Shown here one piece after another: positions 1 through 10,113 of a stretch of 64,000 bases of DNA. The position numbers and the translations under genes were made by a program. Position 1 is the first letter of the stretch. Every line of letters begins with the position of its first letter. The stretch is from Planctomycetota bacterium (GTDB lineage Bacteria; Planctomycetota; UBA1135; UBA2386). The stretch is from the NCBI GenBank assembly GCA_965223545.1, contig OZ245006.1, forward strand, positions 5,568,001 to 5,632,000. Direction: 5' to 3'. The notes under the pieces were generated by a model. It did no database searches, was not told the origin of the DNA, and saw only the letters and a list, made by a program, of their open reading frames with translations.

Positions 1-2
1 CG

Positions 3-410
3 ACCGACCAGCGTGCGACCGTGGATTGGTACCAGGGACTGGCCGAGCTGGTCGCCGCCGAGCAGCTGGTGCGCGACCGCGAGCCGGTCGCCGCGCTCGC
101 CGGCTACGTCCACTCGCTCGCCTCGTTCGACCGCGCGGTGGCCGCGGCGCCGGCCTTCGCCGACTCGGCGCACCACTATCAAGCGCTGGCGTGGGCCGGG
201 AGCGCGACGCTGTACGGCGAGCGCGGCGAATGGGCTGCCGCGGCGCACGCCGCCGCGCGCGGGCTGGGGCTGCGGGAGGCGACCGGGGACAGCGAAGACG
301 GGCTGGGCCGCACACCGCGGCAGCGGGCGCGGGATGTACTCGAGCAGCTCGCCGTCGCCGCGCCGGAGCTGGCCGAGCCCGTGCGGCGGGCCTTGGGTCA
401 AGACGGCTGA
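3..410 (+). CDS. 3' part of a hypothetical helical (TPR-like) protein; start lies upstream of the window
   Basis: Frame is open from position 3 to TGA at 408-410; Ala-rich helical sequence. Confidence 0.6.
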   Translation, partial: TDQRATVDWYQGLAELVAAEQLVRDREPVAALAGYVHSLASFDRAVAAAPAFADSAHHYQALAWAGSATLYGERGEWAAAAHAAARGLGLREATGDSEDGLGRTPRQRARDVLEQLAVAAPELAEPVRRALGQDG

Positions 411-1411
411 TCGGCGGCGCCGTCGGGCGCGCGGCGCGTCGAGAGGAGCGCTTGCGCGGCCGCGGTGGGTTCGAGCGCGCCGCTGCCGACTTGCTCCCGC
501 AGCGCCGGCAGCGCGGCGGCGAAGCCGGCGTCTTGGTGCGCTTCGCGCAGTAGGAGCTCGACCACCGTTTGGTCGAACCAATGCACCGCCTGCTGCCGGC
601 GCAGGGCGTCGATCCCGTCGGGTCCCAGGCGGTCGCGGTGCGCGGTGATCGCCGACCACAGATCTTCGATGCCGTCGCCGGTCGCAGAGGAGACCGAGAC
701 GACGGCGGCGGGCGGGCGGTCCCCCGCTTGGTGCAGCAAGTGCTGCGCGGTCTGTAGCTCGCCGGCCGCGCGGGTGCACCGGTCGACGTTGTCGCCGTCG
801 GCCTTGTGCACGACGAGCACGTCGGCCAGCTCCATCAGTCCGCGCTTGACCCCCTGCAGCTCGTCGCCGGTGCCGGCGAGGTTCAGAGCGACGACGGTGT
901 CGACGAGGTGGGTGACCGCGATCTCGGCCTGGCCGACCCCCACGGTCTCGACGAGCACGATGTCGAACCCCGCGGCCTCGACGATCTGGATCGCCTCGCG
1001 GGTCCGGCGCGCGACGCCGCCGGCGGCGTCGCCGCTGGGCGAGGGGCGCACGAAGGCGCGCGCGTCGGCCGCCAGCTTCGCCATCCGGGTCTTGTCGCCC
1101 AGCACCGAGCCGCCGCTCCGGGTGCTGGTCGGATCGACCGCCAGCACGGCGACCCGGTGGCCGCTCTGCAAGAGGCGGACGCCGAGGACCTCGATCAGCG
1201 TGCTCTTGCCGGCACCCGGCACGCCGGTGATGCCGACGCGCTGCGCCCGATCGCTCCGCGGCGCGAGCGCCGCCAACAGTGCGCGTGCCTGGGCCGCGTG
1301 GTCGGCGCGTGTGCTCTCGACCAAGGTGATGGCGCGCGCCAACGCACCGCGGTCGGCGGCGAGGACTCCGGCGACGAGAGCTTCGACGGATGGCTCGGCG
1401 GAGCTGGCCAT
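398..1411 (-). CDS. meaB: Methylmalonyl-CoA mutase-associated GTPase MeaB (ArgK family)
   Basis: LARAITLVES, GITGVPGAGKST, VAVLAVDP, LGDKTRM, ETVGVGQ, GDELQGVKRG motifs; start placed at MASS. Confidence 0.95.
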   Translation of the reverse strand: MASSAEPSVEALVAGVLAADRGALARAITLVESTRADHAAQARALLAALAPRSDRAQRVGITGVPGAGKSTLIEVLGVRLLQSGHRVAVLAVDPTSTRSGGSVLGDKTRMAKLAADARAFVRPSPSGDAAGGVARRTREAIQIVEAAGFDIVLVETVGVGQAEIAVTHLVDTVVALNLAGTGDELQGVKRGLMELADVLVVHKADGDNVDRCTRAAGELQTAQHLLHQAGDRPPAAVVSVSSATGDGIEDLWSAITAHRDRLGPDGIDALRRQQAVHWFDQTVVELLLREAHQDAGFAAALPALREQVGSGALEPTAAAQALLSTRRAPDGAADQPS

Positions 1412-1533
1412 GCGTGTCCATGTTCGTTCGCGGTCGGTTTCCGCGCAGGTCAAAAACGTGAGTTATGCTTGGTCGGGGTGGAAGCCCGGGCGAGCACCCG
1501 GACCGGCAGTGCCCCAAAAGGAGAGTCTGATCG

Positions 1534-1803
1534 ATGTCGAGTCATCCCGAAGTGAGCCACGACGTGTTCGTCCTCGAGGACAGTGGGCCGCGCTCCGAGG
1601 GCGCGTTGGCAGTGGACCTGGCCCGCGCCCGCGGCGAGCTGCACGCCTACCGCCATGCCGTGCGGCAAACGCTCGAGGTCCGCTTCGGCGGCATCCCCGA
1701 GACCATCGCGCGGCGCATCGAGAGTGAGCCCGAGGTCGGCCAGCTGATCGCCTGGCACGCACAGGCCGTCGCCGTCCGCCGCCTCAAGCACTTCCGCTTG
1801 TAG
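1534..1803 (+). CDS. Small protein resembling the DUF4351/Rpn C-terminal helical domain
   Basis: LEVRFGGIPETIARRIE...LIAW...AVAV..L..F pattern; fills the intergenic gap. Confidence 0.55.
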   Translation: MSSHPEVSHDVFVLEDSGPRSEGALAVDLARARGELHAYRHAVRQTLEVRFGGIPETIARRIESEPEVGQLIAWHAQAVAVRRLKHFRL

Positions 1804-1827
1804 GTCCGCTCGAGGTGCGGTCGCGGT

Positions 1828-2847
1828 TCAGCGGGTGCCGCGCGCGGCCCCCGCGAGGACCGCCCGAATTTCCGCCGGGGTCGCGGTGCCGGTGGTGCCG
1901 CACTTGGCGACCGTCACCGCCGCCGCCAGAGTCGCCAGCCGGGCCGCGTCGCGCGGTGCGCAGCCGACCGCGAGGGCAGCGGCAAGCGCGGCGGCGACCG
2001 TGTCGCCGGCGCCGACCGGATCGATCGGTCCATCGACGCGCACCGCCGCGACGCGCGCCGTGCCATCGGCGTCGGCGACGACGATGCCGCGATCGCCCTG
2101 GGTGACGAAGACCGGGTTTCCGCAGTCCGCATGGATGTGGGCGGCGAGGGTTTCGACGGCCGCGGGGTCGTCGGCCGCCGGAGCGGCGACCCCGCAGCGC
2201 GCGGCTGCCTCCGCGGCGTTGAGCTTTACCGCCGCACCGCGGAAACGCGCACCGCCGCGGCGACAATCGACCAAGAAACAAGTCCCCGGCCGCTGCGCGA
2301 TCAGCTCGTTGAGCGCGTCCACCGCGTCGAGCGTCGCACTGACCGGGATCTGCTGGTTGATCACCACCGCGTCCAGACTCCGGGTCGTGCGCGCCGCCGT
2401 TGCCAGCAGGGCATCGAGCTGCTCGCGCGGCGCGCGGTCGGTGGTGCCGAAGTCGTAGCGGCTCATCTCGACGCCGGCGCGCACGGGCTTGGCGAAGACC
2501 GTGGTCTGCCAGGGAGGTTCGGCGGCGAGCAACGCATCGGTGCGGACCCCGTCGGCGCGCAGGGCCGCGTGCAGGCGATTCCCGGCGGGATCGCAGCCGA
2601 CCAACCCGATGGCGTGGACTTCGGTGACGCCGAGGCTCGCCGCGTTGCGGGCGATGTTGCTGGCACCGGCCGCTTGCCAGCGCTGTTCGACGACGCGGTG
2701 CACCGGCAAGCCGGTCTCGAGCGAGTGCTCGTCGTCGCTCGAGTCGACCAACCAGTAGGCGTCCAGCGCGTGATCGCCGAACACGGCGAGGCGCGCGCGT
2801 TGCACGGTGGCGAGGGTGCCCTCGAGCCACGCCGCGTCAGTCGTCAT
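1828..2847 (-). CDS. PfkB-family carbohydrate kinase (RfaE/HldE kinase domain-like)
   Basis: VFGDHALDAY, GASNIARN, KLNAAEA, DPVGAGDT PfkB signature; start MTTDAAW. Confidence 0.85.
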   Translation of the reverse strand: MTTDAAWLEGTLATVQRARLAVFGDHALDAYWLVDSSDDEHSLETGLPVHRVVEQRWQAAGASNIARNAASLGVTEVHAIGLVGCDPAGNRLHAALRADGVRTDALLAAEPPWQTTVFAKPVRAGVEMSRYDFGTTDRAPREQLDALLATAARTTRSLDAVVINQQIPVSATLDAVDALNELIAQRPGTCFLVDCRRGGARFRGAAVKLNAAEAAARCGVAAPAADDPAAVETLAAHIHADCGNPVFVTQGDRGIVVADADGTARVAAVRVDGPIDPVGAGDTVAAALAAALAVGCAPRDAARLATLAAAVTVAKCGTTGTATPAEIRAVLAGAARGTR

Positions 2848-3154
2848 CGCCCGGTTCCAGCGAGAAGTTCCACACTCGGATCGCGCGCCGCATCGGCGCG
2901 AGGAAGACGTCGGCGTAGGCGCGGTGGATCGGATCGGTGCGGTAGCGCTCGACGTCATCGATTCCGGCGAAGCGCACCAGGATGCAGAAGTCCCATTCGC
3001 TGCGGGTGCGGCCATCGGCGGCGGTCGCCACCTCGACGGAGAGGACTCCGTGCGCGTCGCGCAGCACGCGACGGGTCTCGGTGGCGATCGTCCGCAGTGT
3101 CTCCGCGGTGCGAAACTCGGGTTTGAGCGCGACCGCCACCACGCGTTGGATCAC
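2837..3154 (-). CDS. Dabb (stress-responsive alpha/beta barrel) family protein
   Basis: IQRVVAVALK...WDFCILVRF...DVERYRTDPIH; GTG start overlaps the upstream stop (GTGA). Confidence 0.75.
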   Translation of the reverse strand: MIQRVVAVALKPEFRTAETLRTIATETRRVLRDAHGVLSVEVATAADGRTRSEWDFCILVRFAGIDDVERYRTDPIHRAYADVFLAPMRRAIRVWNFSLEPGDDD

Positions 3155-4581
3155 GCGGTCTGCTCCTCGACTTGGCGCTGCGCAGCCCGTGCCCACTCGG
3201 GCAGCCGGGCGGCGAGGCGCTCGACGTGGCGGGGGCCCGAGTGCAGATTGACCGAGTTGAAGCGCAGCCATAGCGCGCCGCCGTGCGCAACGGTGGCGAA
3301 CCATGCCTCGCCGCTGTCGACGGCGCGCGCCGCGATCGCGCGCTGCAGGCGATCGATGCGCTCCGCCGGCCACCCCGCGGGCGCCATGCGCGCGCAGGCG
3401 ATGCCGAGCTGGCCTCCCGGCAGTACGTCGAAGCCCTGCGCAGCGAGCTTTCGCTCGAGCTGTCGCATGGATTCGATGTTGGTGCGCACCGCGCGGCGCA
3501 CGCTTTCCAGACCGTGCGCGCGCAGCGCGAGCCAGACGGTCAGCGCCGTGCCGCGCCGCGAGGTCGGGATTCCGCGCAGGAAGGGGTTCTGGTCCGCGCC
3601 GCCGGGAATGTAGGAGGCCTGCAGACCGAACTCCTGCACCTGGAGATGCGGGTGCTTGGTGAGCAGCAGGCCGGCGGTGAGCGGGGTGAAGAACCACTTC
3701 TGCGGATCGACGGCGATCGAGTCGGCGCGCTCGAGGCCGGCGCACAGATCGGCCAGCTCGGGCAACAGCGCGGCTGCGCCGCCGTAGCAGGCGTCGACGT
3801 GCAGCCAGACATCGTGGGCCGCGCAGACGTCGGCGATCGCGGCGAGCGGATCGATCGCACCGGTGCCGGTGGTGCCGAAGTTGGCGACCACGGCGAACGG
3901 CACCGCGCCGCCGTCGCGGTCGGCGGCGATCGCCGCTTCCAGGTCGCGCGGATCGAGCGTGCCGCGGGCCCGACTGGGCAGCGTTCGTACGTTGCGCTCA
4001 CCGATCCCCAGCACCTGGGCCGCGCGCGTCACCGAGAAGTGTGCACTGTCGGCAGTGTAGATGCGGGGCGCGCCATCGAGGGCCCGGACACCGTCGAGCC
4101 GCCACTGCGGGAACCGCGCGCCGCGCGCCAGAGCGAGGCCCTGCAGCGTCGCGAACGTGCCGCCGGGGAGCAGCATGCCCGCGCAGTCGGGCGGTTGGCG
4201 GAGGAGTGCGGCGAAGACGCGCAACAGCTCGCGCTCGGCGGCGGCCGCGGGTGGACTCTGGTGGTCGGCGCCGCAGTTGTTGTTGAGCATCGAGACCAAC
4301 AGATCGCCGAGCGGTGCGGCGGGCAGCGGCGACGAGTTGACCAGACCGAAGTACATCGGATGCGGGGTACTCATCGCGTGCGGCAGGACGCGCTGCTCGA
4401 AGTCGCGCACCGCGGACTCGAGACCGATGCCTTCGTCGCCGATGGTGCCGGCAAACAGCGCGTCGATCTCGTCGGGCGGCGTATCCGGAGCGACCCGCCG
4501 TTGCTCGAGGTCGGCGTAGAACGAGGCGTAGATCTCGGCGGCCCGCAGCGCCGCCGCGCGCAGCTCGTCGGCGCCCAGCAT
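3151..4581 (-). CDS. Group II PLP-dependent decarboxylase (DDC/GAD family)
   Basis: HPMYFG, GGTFATL, AHFSV, GTTGTGAIDPL, WLHVDACYGG, DSIAVDPQKW (PLP lysine). Confidence 0.9.
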   Translation of the reverse strand: MLGADELRAAALRAAEIYASFYADLEQRRVAPDTPPDEIDALFAGTIGDEGIGLESAVRDFEQRVLPHAMSTPHPMYFGLVNSSPLPAAPLGDLLVSMLNNNCGADHQSPPAAAAERELLRVFAALLRQPPDCAGMLLPGGTFATLQGLALARGARFPQWRLDGVRALDGAPRIYTADSAHFSVTRAAQVLGIGERNVRTLPSRARGTLDPRDLEAAIAADRDGGAVPFAVVANFGTTGTGAIDPLAAIADVCAAHDVWLHVDACYGGAAALLPELADLCAGLERADSIAVDPQKWFFTPLTAGLLLTKHPHLQVQEFGLQASYIPGGADQNPFLRGIPTSRRGTALTVWLALRAHGLESVRRAVRTNIESMRQLERKLAAQGFDVLPGGQLGIACARMAPAGWPAERIDRLQRAIAARAVDSGEAWFATVAHGGALWLRFNSVNLHSGPRHVERLAARLPEWARAAQRQVEEQTA

Positions 4582-4743
4582 GCACCGACTGTGCCGATGG
4601 GCGGTCGATGGGGCAAGGCGCGATGCTGGGTGGCTCTTGACGGGTCCGGGCAACGGGTTTCCGGTGAAAGATCCCCACTGCGTGTCGGCCACTCTCGGCA
4701 AGAGGAACGCGTCGTTCGCGGGCTTCCGACCTGTCGCTCAGTC

Positions 4744-7700
4744 ATGCACTTCGACCTTCATCGTGACGCCGCGCTCGGCCGCAGTGCGCGGGGCGCCGCC
4801 CGTCCGGCGATCCTGGCGATCACCGCGGTGCTCGCGCTGTCGGCGCTCGTCGCCTTGCTCTGGCGGTCGGCGGACCCGACCGCGGCAGGTGAGGGCGGCA
4901 TCGCGGCCGACGTTCGCGGCGCCCCGGCAGCGGCGATGTCGACGCCGCTCGATGGGGATGTCGCCGCCGCGGGCGACCGCACCCTGGCAATCGCCGACGG
5001 CGGGGCGAGCGCGCAGTCCGTAGCGGCCGGGTCGTTGCACGGTCGTCTCGTGGCGCCGCGCGGGCCGTGGCCGGGAGGCGGCGAGCTCGAGCTGGTGCCC
5101 TACGAGCGCGTCGATGGCGGCTTCATGGGCATGATGGGCGAGCTGATGAGCGCCGGCGGCGCGCGCGGCGATCGTCGCCGCGACCGGTTCGTGGCGGCGT
5201 TGGGGCTGGGCGACGCGATTGCCACCAGTGCGGTGGCATCCGACGGGCGGTTTCGTTTCGCGGCGCCGCCGGCCGGGCGCTACTCGTTGCGCTTGCTCCA
5301 CGACCGCTTGAGCGTGCCGCGAGAGTTCGTCGTGGAAGCACAGGCTGCGGTCGACGTCGATGTCGGCGATGTCCCCACCGAGAGCTCGGGCAGCCTTCTG
5401 GTCTTGGTCTCGGACCCGGCGGGGCAGCCGATCGCCGGCGCGCGACTTCTGTTGGGCGGTCGCGTCGACCCCGCCGCGCTGCAGAATCCCGAGTCGCTGC
5501 GCGACATGCAGTCGGTGATGCGCAAGATGATGCCGGACCGCGGCGAGACCGACGCGCGCGGCGCGCATCGATTCGTCGGGCTGCGCGACCTCGAGTGGCG
5601 GTTGCTGGTGCGCGCCGAGGACTACGTCGAACAGCTCGTCGAGGTCCTCGCGGCGCCCGGACGCGAAACGGTGCTCCGCGTCGCTCTGCGGCGCGGCGGG
5701 GGGCTCGAGGTCGTCGTCGGTGGCCCCGACGGGGCGCCGTACGAGGAGGCGCGCGTGCGGGTCTGGGACCCGGTGGCGAGCGAGGCGATGCAGCCGTTTG
5801 CCGGGGCGGTGCAGCTGCGGCGGGCCCGTGGAATCACGGAGCGCACCGACGCCGGCGGAGTCGCCCGGTTCTCCGGCTTGCCGCCGGGCACGGTGCGCGT
5901 GGGGCTGCGCACGCCGGGCTTCTTCGCTGCCGACCACGAGGTCGCGGTGGTCGAAGGGCGGACTGCGCGGCTGGAGCTCGACTTGGACCTCGGGGTGACC
6001 GTCGCGGGTCGGGTCGTCGACGAGGAGGGCGAGCCGGTGGCCGACGCGCGCGTGCGGCACGTCGCCGCCCTCGGCGAATCGATCATGGGGATCGACTTGG
6101 AGGGGGCCATCGGCGTCGACGTCTTGGGCGGCGACGTCGAGCGCACGGGGTTGCGCTGCGCGGAAGATGGGCGCTTCGAGGTGGGAGGCTTCGAGCTGGA
6201 CGAGGAGGTCCACCTCGTGGCCGACGCTCCCGGCTACGTGCCGACGCGTGCCGAGCCGGTGAAGGCCGGCACTACGGACGTCGAGCTGCGTTTGCGGCGC
6301 GCGGCGGTGGTCCGCGGCCGCGTCGTCGCAGGAGTCGATGGTGGGCCGGTGCCCGAGTTCTCGGTTGCGCTGAGCAGGCGGGTGATGCTGGTGATGGACC
6401 GCCCGGTGGGCCGGCAAAGGGTGTCGGGTGCCGAGAACGGCGAGTTCGTGCTCGAAGAGCTGCCGCGGGATCGCCTCACCCTGCGCGTCGATGCGCCGGG
6501 GTTCGGGCCGCAGCAGGTCGTGGTGGACACGACTCCCGGAGATGTCGACGTCGGCACCGTCGAGCTCGAGCTGCCAGCCGCCGTCGCCGGGGTCGTCCTC
6601 GACCCGGACGGTGTGCCGGTGGCGGATGCCGCCGTGCGCGTCGCCCGCGGCGGGATGCTCGATTCGGTCGTGATGGCCGGCCTCACCGGCGCCGACTTGG
6701 TCCGCACGGGCCAGCGCGGCGAGTTCCGCATCGACGGTCTTCGGGCCAAGCGGGTGCGGCTCTTGGCGGACGCCGACGGCTACGGCCCGGCGCGCAGCGC
6801 GCCCGTCGCGCTGCAAGCCGGCAGCGTTGTCGATGGCGTCGTGCTGCAGCTTGCAGTCGGTGGCCGGCTGCGCGGTACGATCGTGCGTGGCGATGGACAA
6901 CCCCTGGCGTCGTGGCAGGTGCGGCTGACGTCGTCGGATGGTGGCTCGCTCCAGCAGACCGAGTCGGATGCCGCGGGGGTGTTCCGGCTCGATGGGTTGG
7001 CTGCCGGCGCGCACAAGATCGAGGCCTTCCCGCCCGATCTGCTGCAGCGCTTCGGCGCGGCGGGCTTGCCCGACCCCAGCAGCCGCGAGTTCGACATCGG
7101 CGGGCTGATCGAAAAGGCGACCCGCTGGACGGTGCGCGATCGCGTCGTGGTGCGTGACGGCGAGGTCGCGGAGATCGAGTTGGTGTTCGACGAGGAAGGG
7201 TTCGGCGACTCGCTTGCCTCCGTGCAGGGGACCGTCTCGGTCGGCGCCGAGCCGCTGGACGACGGAGTCGTCACCTGGCAGTCGCTGGGAGCCGCCGGCC
7301 CCCCGCGGCTCGTCGGGGTCCGCGACGGGCGGTTCGAGGTGCACGGTGTGCGCCCCGGGACGTATCGCGTGCAGGCGCAGGATGGGATCCTGTCCGCTCC
7401 GATCGGCCGCGCAGTGGAAGTGGTCGTGCGCGACGCCGGCACGGTCGGCGTGCACGTCGACCTGCCGGCCGGCCGGATCGAGGGCCGGGTGGTGTCGGCC
7501 GCCGACGGAACGCCCGTCGCCGGGGTCGCGCTGCGCTGGGTCGAGGCCGGCGCCGGCGATGCCGTCGACCTCGATCAGATGCTGTTGGGCGAGGGGACCG
7601 CGCTCACCGGCGACGACGGTCGGTTCGCGTTCCGCGGTCTGTCGCCCGGCAGCTACGACGTGGTCGCGCGCGAGATCGGCATCGCGGGCGGCGAGCGCCG

Positions 7701-8307
7701 CACGGGCCGCGTGACCGGGGTTCGTCTCGCCGCGGGTGAGGTGGTCGCTGCGCTCGAGGTGGTGTTGGCGCCCGGCGCGGATCTGCACGTGCACGTGCGC
7801 GATGCCCGCGGCGCGCGCGGCAACGCGCTGTTGGCCGCTCTCGATGCCACAGGGCAGCCGTTGGCGCTGTCTGGCCGCGTGCTCACCGACGCCAGTGGCA
7901 ATGCCGTGCTGGCCGGGCTGCCGCCCGGTCGCTATCGCGTGCTCGCCGACGCCCCCGGCGCCGCCCCGGGTTTGTCGGCTCCGGTCGAGATCAGCGGCGG
8001 CATCGGTCCGCGGGTCGAGATCGTGCTGGCCTCGGGCGTCGAGGTAGTGGTCGAGGTCGACGCCGCCTCGGCGGCGTCGCTCGGGGGCCTGTCGGCCGCC
8101 TATCTGATGCGCGATCGGGAGGGCGCACTGGTGCGCAGCGGGCAGGCCGCGCTGCCGCGCGGTGGGGGCCGCGTCTCGCTCGGCGAGTTCGCCTCCGGTG
8201 AGTACGAAGTGCGCGTCATGACGGCGCTCGGCGAGTGGCGCCACGCGGTGAACGTGCCGCCGCAAGGCCCGGTCGTGTTGAAGCTCGAGGTCGAGCAGCT
8301 GCGCTGA
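4744..8307 (+). CDS. Membrane-anchored protein with multiple carboxypeptidase-regulatory-like (CnaB-like) beta-sandwich repeats
   Basis: N-terminal TM segment; repeated GRVVD..G.PV.GA.V and TD..G.F.F.GL.PG.Y motifs; start approximate. Confidence 0.8.
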   Translation: MHFDLHRDAALGRSARGAARPAILAITAVLALSALVALLWRSADPTAAGEGGIAADVRGAPAAAMSTPLDGDVAAAGDRTLAIADGGASAQSVAAGSLHGRLVAPRGPWPGGGELELVPYERVDGGFMGMMGELMSAGGARGDRRRDRFVAALGLGDAIATSAVASDGRFRFAAPPAGRYSLRLLHDRLSVPREFVVEAQAAVDVDVGDVPTESSGSLLVLVSDPAGQPIAGARLLLGGRVDPAALQNPESLRDMQSVMRKMMPDRGETDARGAHRFVGLRDLEWRLLVRAEDYVEQLVEVLAAPGRETVLRVALRRGGGLEVVVGGPDGAPYEEARVRVWDPVASEAMQPFAGAVQLRRARGITERTDAGGVARFSGLPPGTVRVGLRTPGFFAADHEVAVVEGRTARLELDLDLGVTVAGRVVDEEGEPVADARVRHVAALGESIMGIDLEGAIGVDVLGGDVERTGLRCAEDGRFEVGGFELDEEVHLVADAPGYVPTRAEPVKAGTTDVELRLRRAAVVRGRVVAGVDGGPVPEFSVALSRRVMLVMDRPVGRQRVSGAENGEFVLEELPRDRLTLRVDAPGFGPQQVVVDTTPGDVDVGTVELELPAAVAGVVLDPDGVPVADAAVRVARGGMLDSVVMAGLTGADLVRTGQRGEFRIDGLRAKRVRLLADADGYGPARSAPVALQAGSVVDGVVLQLAVGGRLRGTIVRGDGQPLASWQVRLTSSDGGSLQQTESDAAGVFRLDGLAAGAHKIEAFPPDLLQRFGAAGLPDPSSREFDIGGLIEKATRWTVRDRVVVRDGEVAEIELVFDEEGFGDSLASVQGTVSVGAEPLDDGVVTWQSLGAAGPPRLVGVRDGRFEVHGVRPGTYRVQAQDGILSAPIGRAVEVVVRDAGTVGVHVDLPAGRIEGRVVSAADGTPVAGVALRWVEAGAGDAVDLDQMLLGEGTALTGDDGRFAFRGLSPGSYDVVAREIGIAGGERRTGRVTGVRLAAGEVVAALEVVLAPGADLHVHVRDARGARGNALLAALDATGQPLALSGRVLTDASGNAVLAGLPPGRYRVLADAPGAAPGLSAPVEISGGIGPRVEIVLASGVEVVVEVDAASAASLGGLSAAYLMRDREGALVRSGQAALPRGGGRVSLGEFASGEYEVRVMTALGEWRHAVNVPPQGPVVLKLEVEQLR

Positions 8308-8367
8308 GGTCGTCGCGTGCGGGCTTCGGCCGCGCAAGAACGCCGTTGCGATACGATCGAGGGGAAC

Positions 8368-10113
8368 ATGTCCGCCCACCTGTGTCCCTGGTTCCGGGCC
8401 CTGGTCGTTTTCGTCGCCGCCGCCGCCGCGCCGGTCGCGCCCGCGCAACCCGGGCGCGCCGACGGAGGGCAGCGGACCAGGGAGGCGCCGATGATGACCG
8501 GCGCGGCGCGCACCGGGATGCGCACCACCCCAGTTTGGACCGTTGGCGAAGAGCACCGCGGCCGCGACGTCAACCTGCGGCGTTACGGCCACCGCTACGT
8601 CGGCAAGCCCGATGGAATCGGCGCCTTCGCGGTCGATGCGCGCACGGTGCGCGTGCTGAGCACTCACGAGCTCTTGGACGGAACGGGGTACCCCTACACC
8701 CTGGCCAACGGGGTGCAGCTGCGCGGTGCGCGCATCAGCTTCACCGACGTCCATCGCCGCACGCGCAAGGCGCGCGCCGGCGGCATGGCCTACCACACCA
8801 TCTACGACCGAGCCGGCGCCCCGGTGACCGATCCAGCGCAGCTGCACGAGGGGTGGAGCGCGTTCGTCGACGGCGGTCTCGATCGCCTGTGCTCCGCGGT
8901 TTGGCGCGCGGCGGGCGTCCACGGCCTGCGCGACGACGTGTTCTTCGCCGGTGAGGAGGCGGCGGAGTTCGGTCTGACTCCGGCGCAGGGCCATGGCGGT
9001 CAGCTGTTCGCCCTCGACCCGCGCGCCGGTGTCCTGTACGCGGCGCCGATGCTCGGTCGCGCGGCGTTCGAGAACGTCGCGCTGCTCGCGAACCACGGCA
9101 CCGACAAGGTGGTGGTCGCCATCGCCGATGACCGCGCTGCCGCGCCGCTCTATCTGTACGTGGGTGAGCGCGACGCCGCGCCTGCCGGCAGCTACTCACC
9201 GCCCAGCTTTCTGCGTCGCAACGGCCTGGGGATGGGGCGCCTGTTCGTGTGGGTGGCGGACAACGGCGCGGTCACGCCGGAGATGTTCAACGGCACCGGC
9301 GCCGCGGTGAACGGCCGGTTCGTGCCGGTGCGCGGCTTCGACCCCGTGTTCGCCGGGGCGCCGGGATACGACGGGCTGGGGTTCGCCTCGATGGCGGCGC
9401 TGGATGCGCAGGCGACCGCCGCCGGCGCGTTTCGCTTCTCGCGGCCGGAGGACATCGCCACGGATCCCGCCGACGGCACGCGGGCGGTGTTCGCGTCGAC
9501 CGGCAACGGCGCGTTGTTCCCGGCCGACAACTGGGGGACCACCTACATCGTCGATCTCGACGACCGCTCGCTGCGCAGCAGCTTGCGGCTGCCGTTGGCG
9601 CAGATCGGCGCGCTCGGCGCCCGCTTGTCGATCCTCTACGACGGCGACGACGCGGGCGGCGGGCAGTTCGTCCACCCCGATGCCGGGCTGCGCAGTCCGG
9701 ACAATCTCGACTGGGCCGCGGATGGGGCGGTCTACGTGCAGGAGGATCGGGCGACGGCGCCGCGCACGCTGTTCGGCAGCGTCAGCGGGGTCGAGGCGTC
9801 GCTCTGGCGGTTGGACCCCATCACCGGCGCCGCGGTGCGGGTCGCGGTCGTCGACCGCGCCGCCGTGCCGACCGGGCAGACCGACCAGTTCGCCGGCGTG
9901 CTGGGCACGTGGGAATCGACGGGAGTCGTGGATGTCGGCCACTTGTTCACCACCGCCCCCGGGGAGCGGCTGCTCCTGTTGCATGTCCAGGCGCACGGCC
10001 TGACCAGTCCGGCGGGCGTCGGGTTGGCGCGGGGCGGAGTACAGGCCACGGATCTGTTCGGCGGTGGCCAGCTCTTGTTCGCCTCCAGCAGTCGCGGCGC
10101 GGGGCGTCGATGA
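8368..10113 (+). CDS. Alkaline phosphatase PhoX / DUF839 family protein
   Basis: PDGIGAF, THEL, RLCS, GEE, LGRAAFEN, RPED, SPDNL, QED, WESTG, VQAH motifs; signal peptide. Confidence 0.8.
   Translation: MSAHLCPWFRALVVFVAAAAAPVAPAQPGRADGGQRTREAPMMTGAARTGMRTTPVWTVGEEHRGRDVNLRRYGHRYVGKPDGIGAFAVDARTVRVLSTHELLDGTGYPYTLANGVQLRGARISFTDVHRRTRKARAGGMAYHTIYDRAGAPVTDPAQLHEGWSAFVDGGLDRLCSAVWRAAGVHGLRDDVFFAGEEAAEFGLTPAQGHGGQLFALDPRAGVLYAAPMLGRAAFENVALLANHGTDKVVVAIADDRAAAPLYLYVGERDAAPAGSYSPPSFLRRNGLGMGRLFVWVADNGAVTPEMFNGTGAAVNGRFVPVRGFDPVFAGAPGYDGLGFASMAALDAQATAAGAFRFSRPEDIATDPADGTRAVFASTGNGALFPADNWGTTYIVDLDDRSLRSSLRLPLAQIGALGARLSILYDGDDAGGGQFVHPDAGLRSPDNLDWAADGAVYVQEDRATAPRTLFGSVSGVEASLWRLDPITGAAVRVAVVDRAAVPTGQTDQFAGVLGTWESTGVVDVGHLFTTAPGERLLLLHVQAHGLTSPAGVGLARGGVQATDLFGGGQLLFASSSRGAGRR

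Noticed and set aside
3283..4743. N-terminal part of the 1674-aa ORF
   Set aside because: Antisense to the decarboxylase; the real protein probably starts near 4744
4738..9096. 1452-aa minus-strand ORF and similar long shadow ORFs (e.g. 15912-17957, 27664-29718, 9732-11714)
   Set aside because: Antisense shadows of real high-GC genes, with no recognisable motifs
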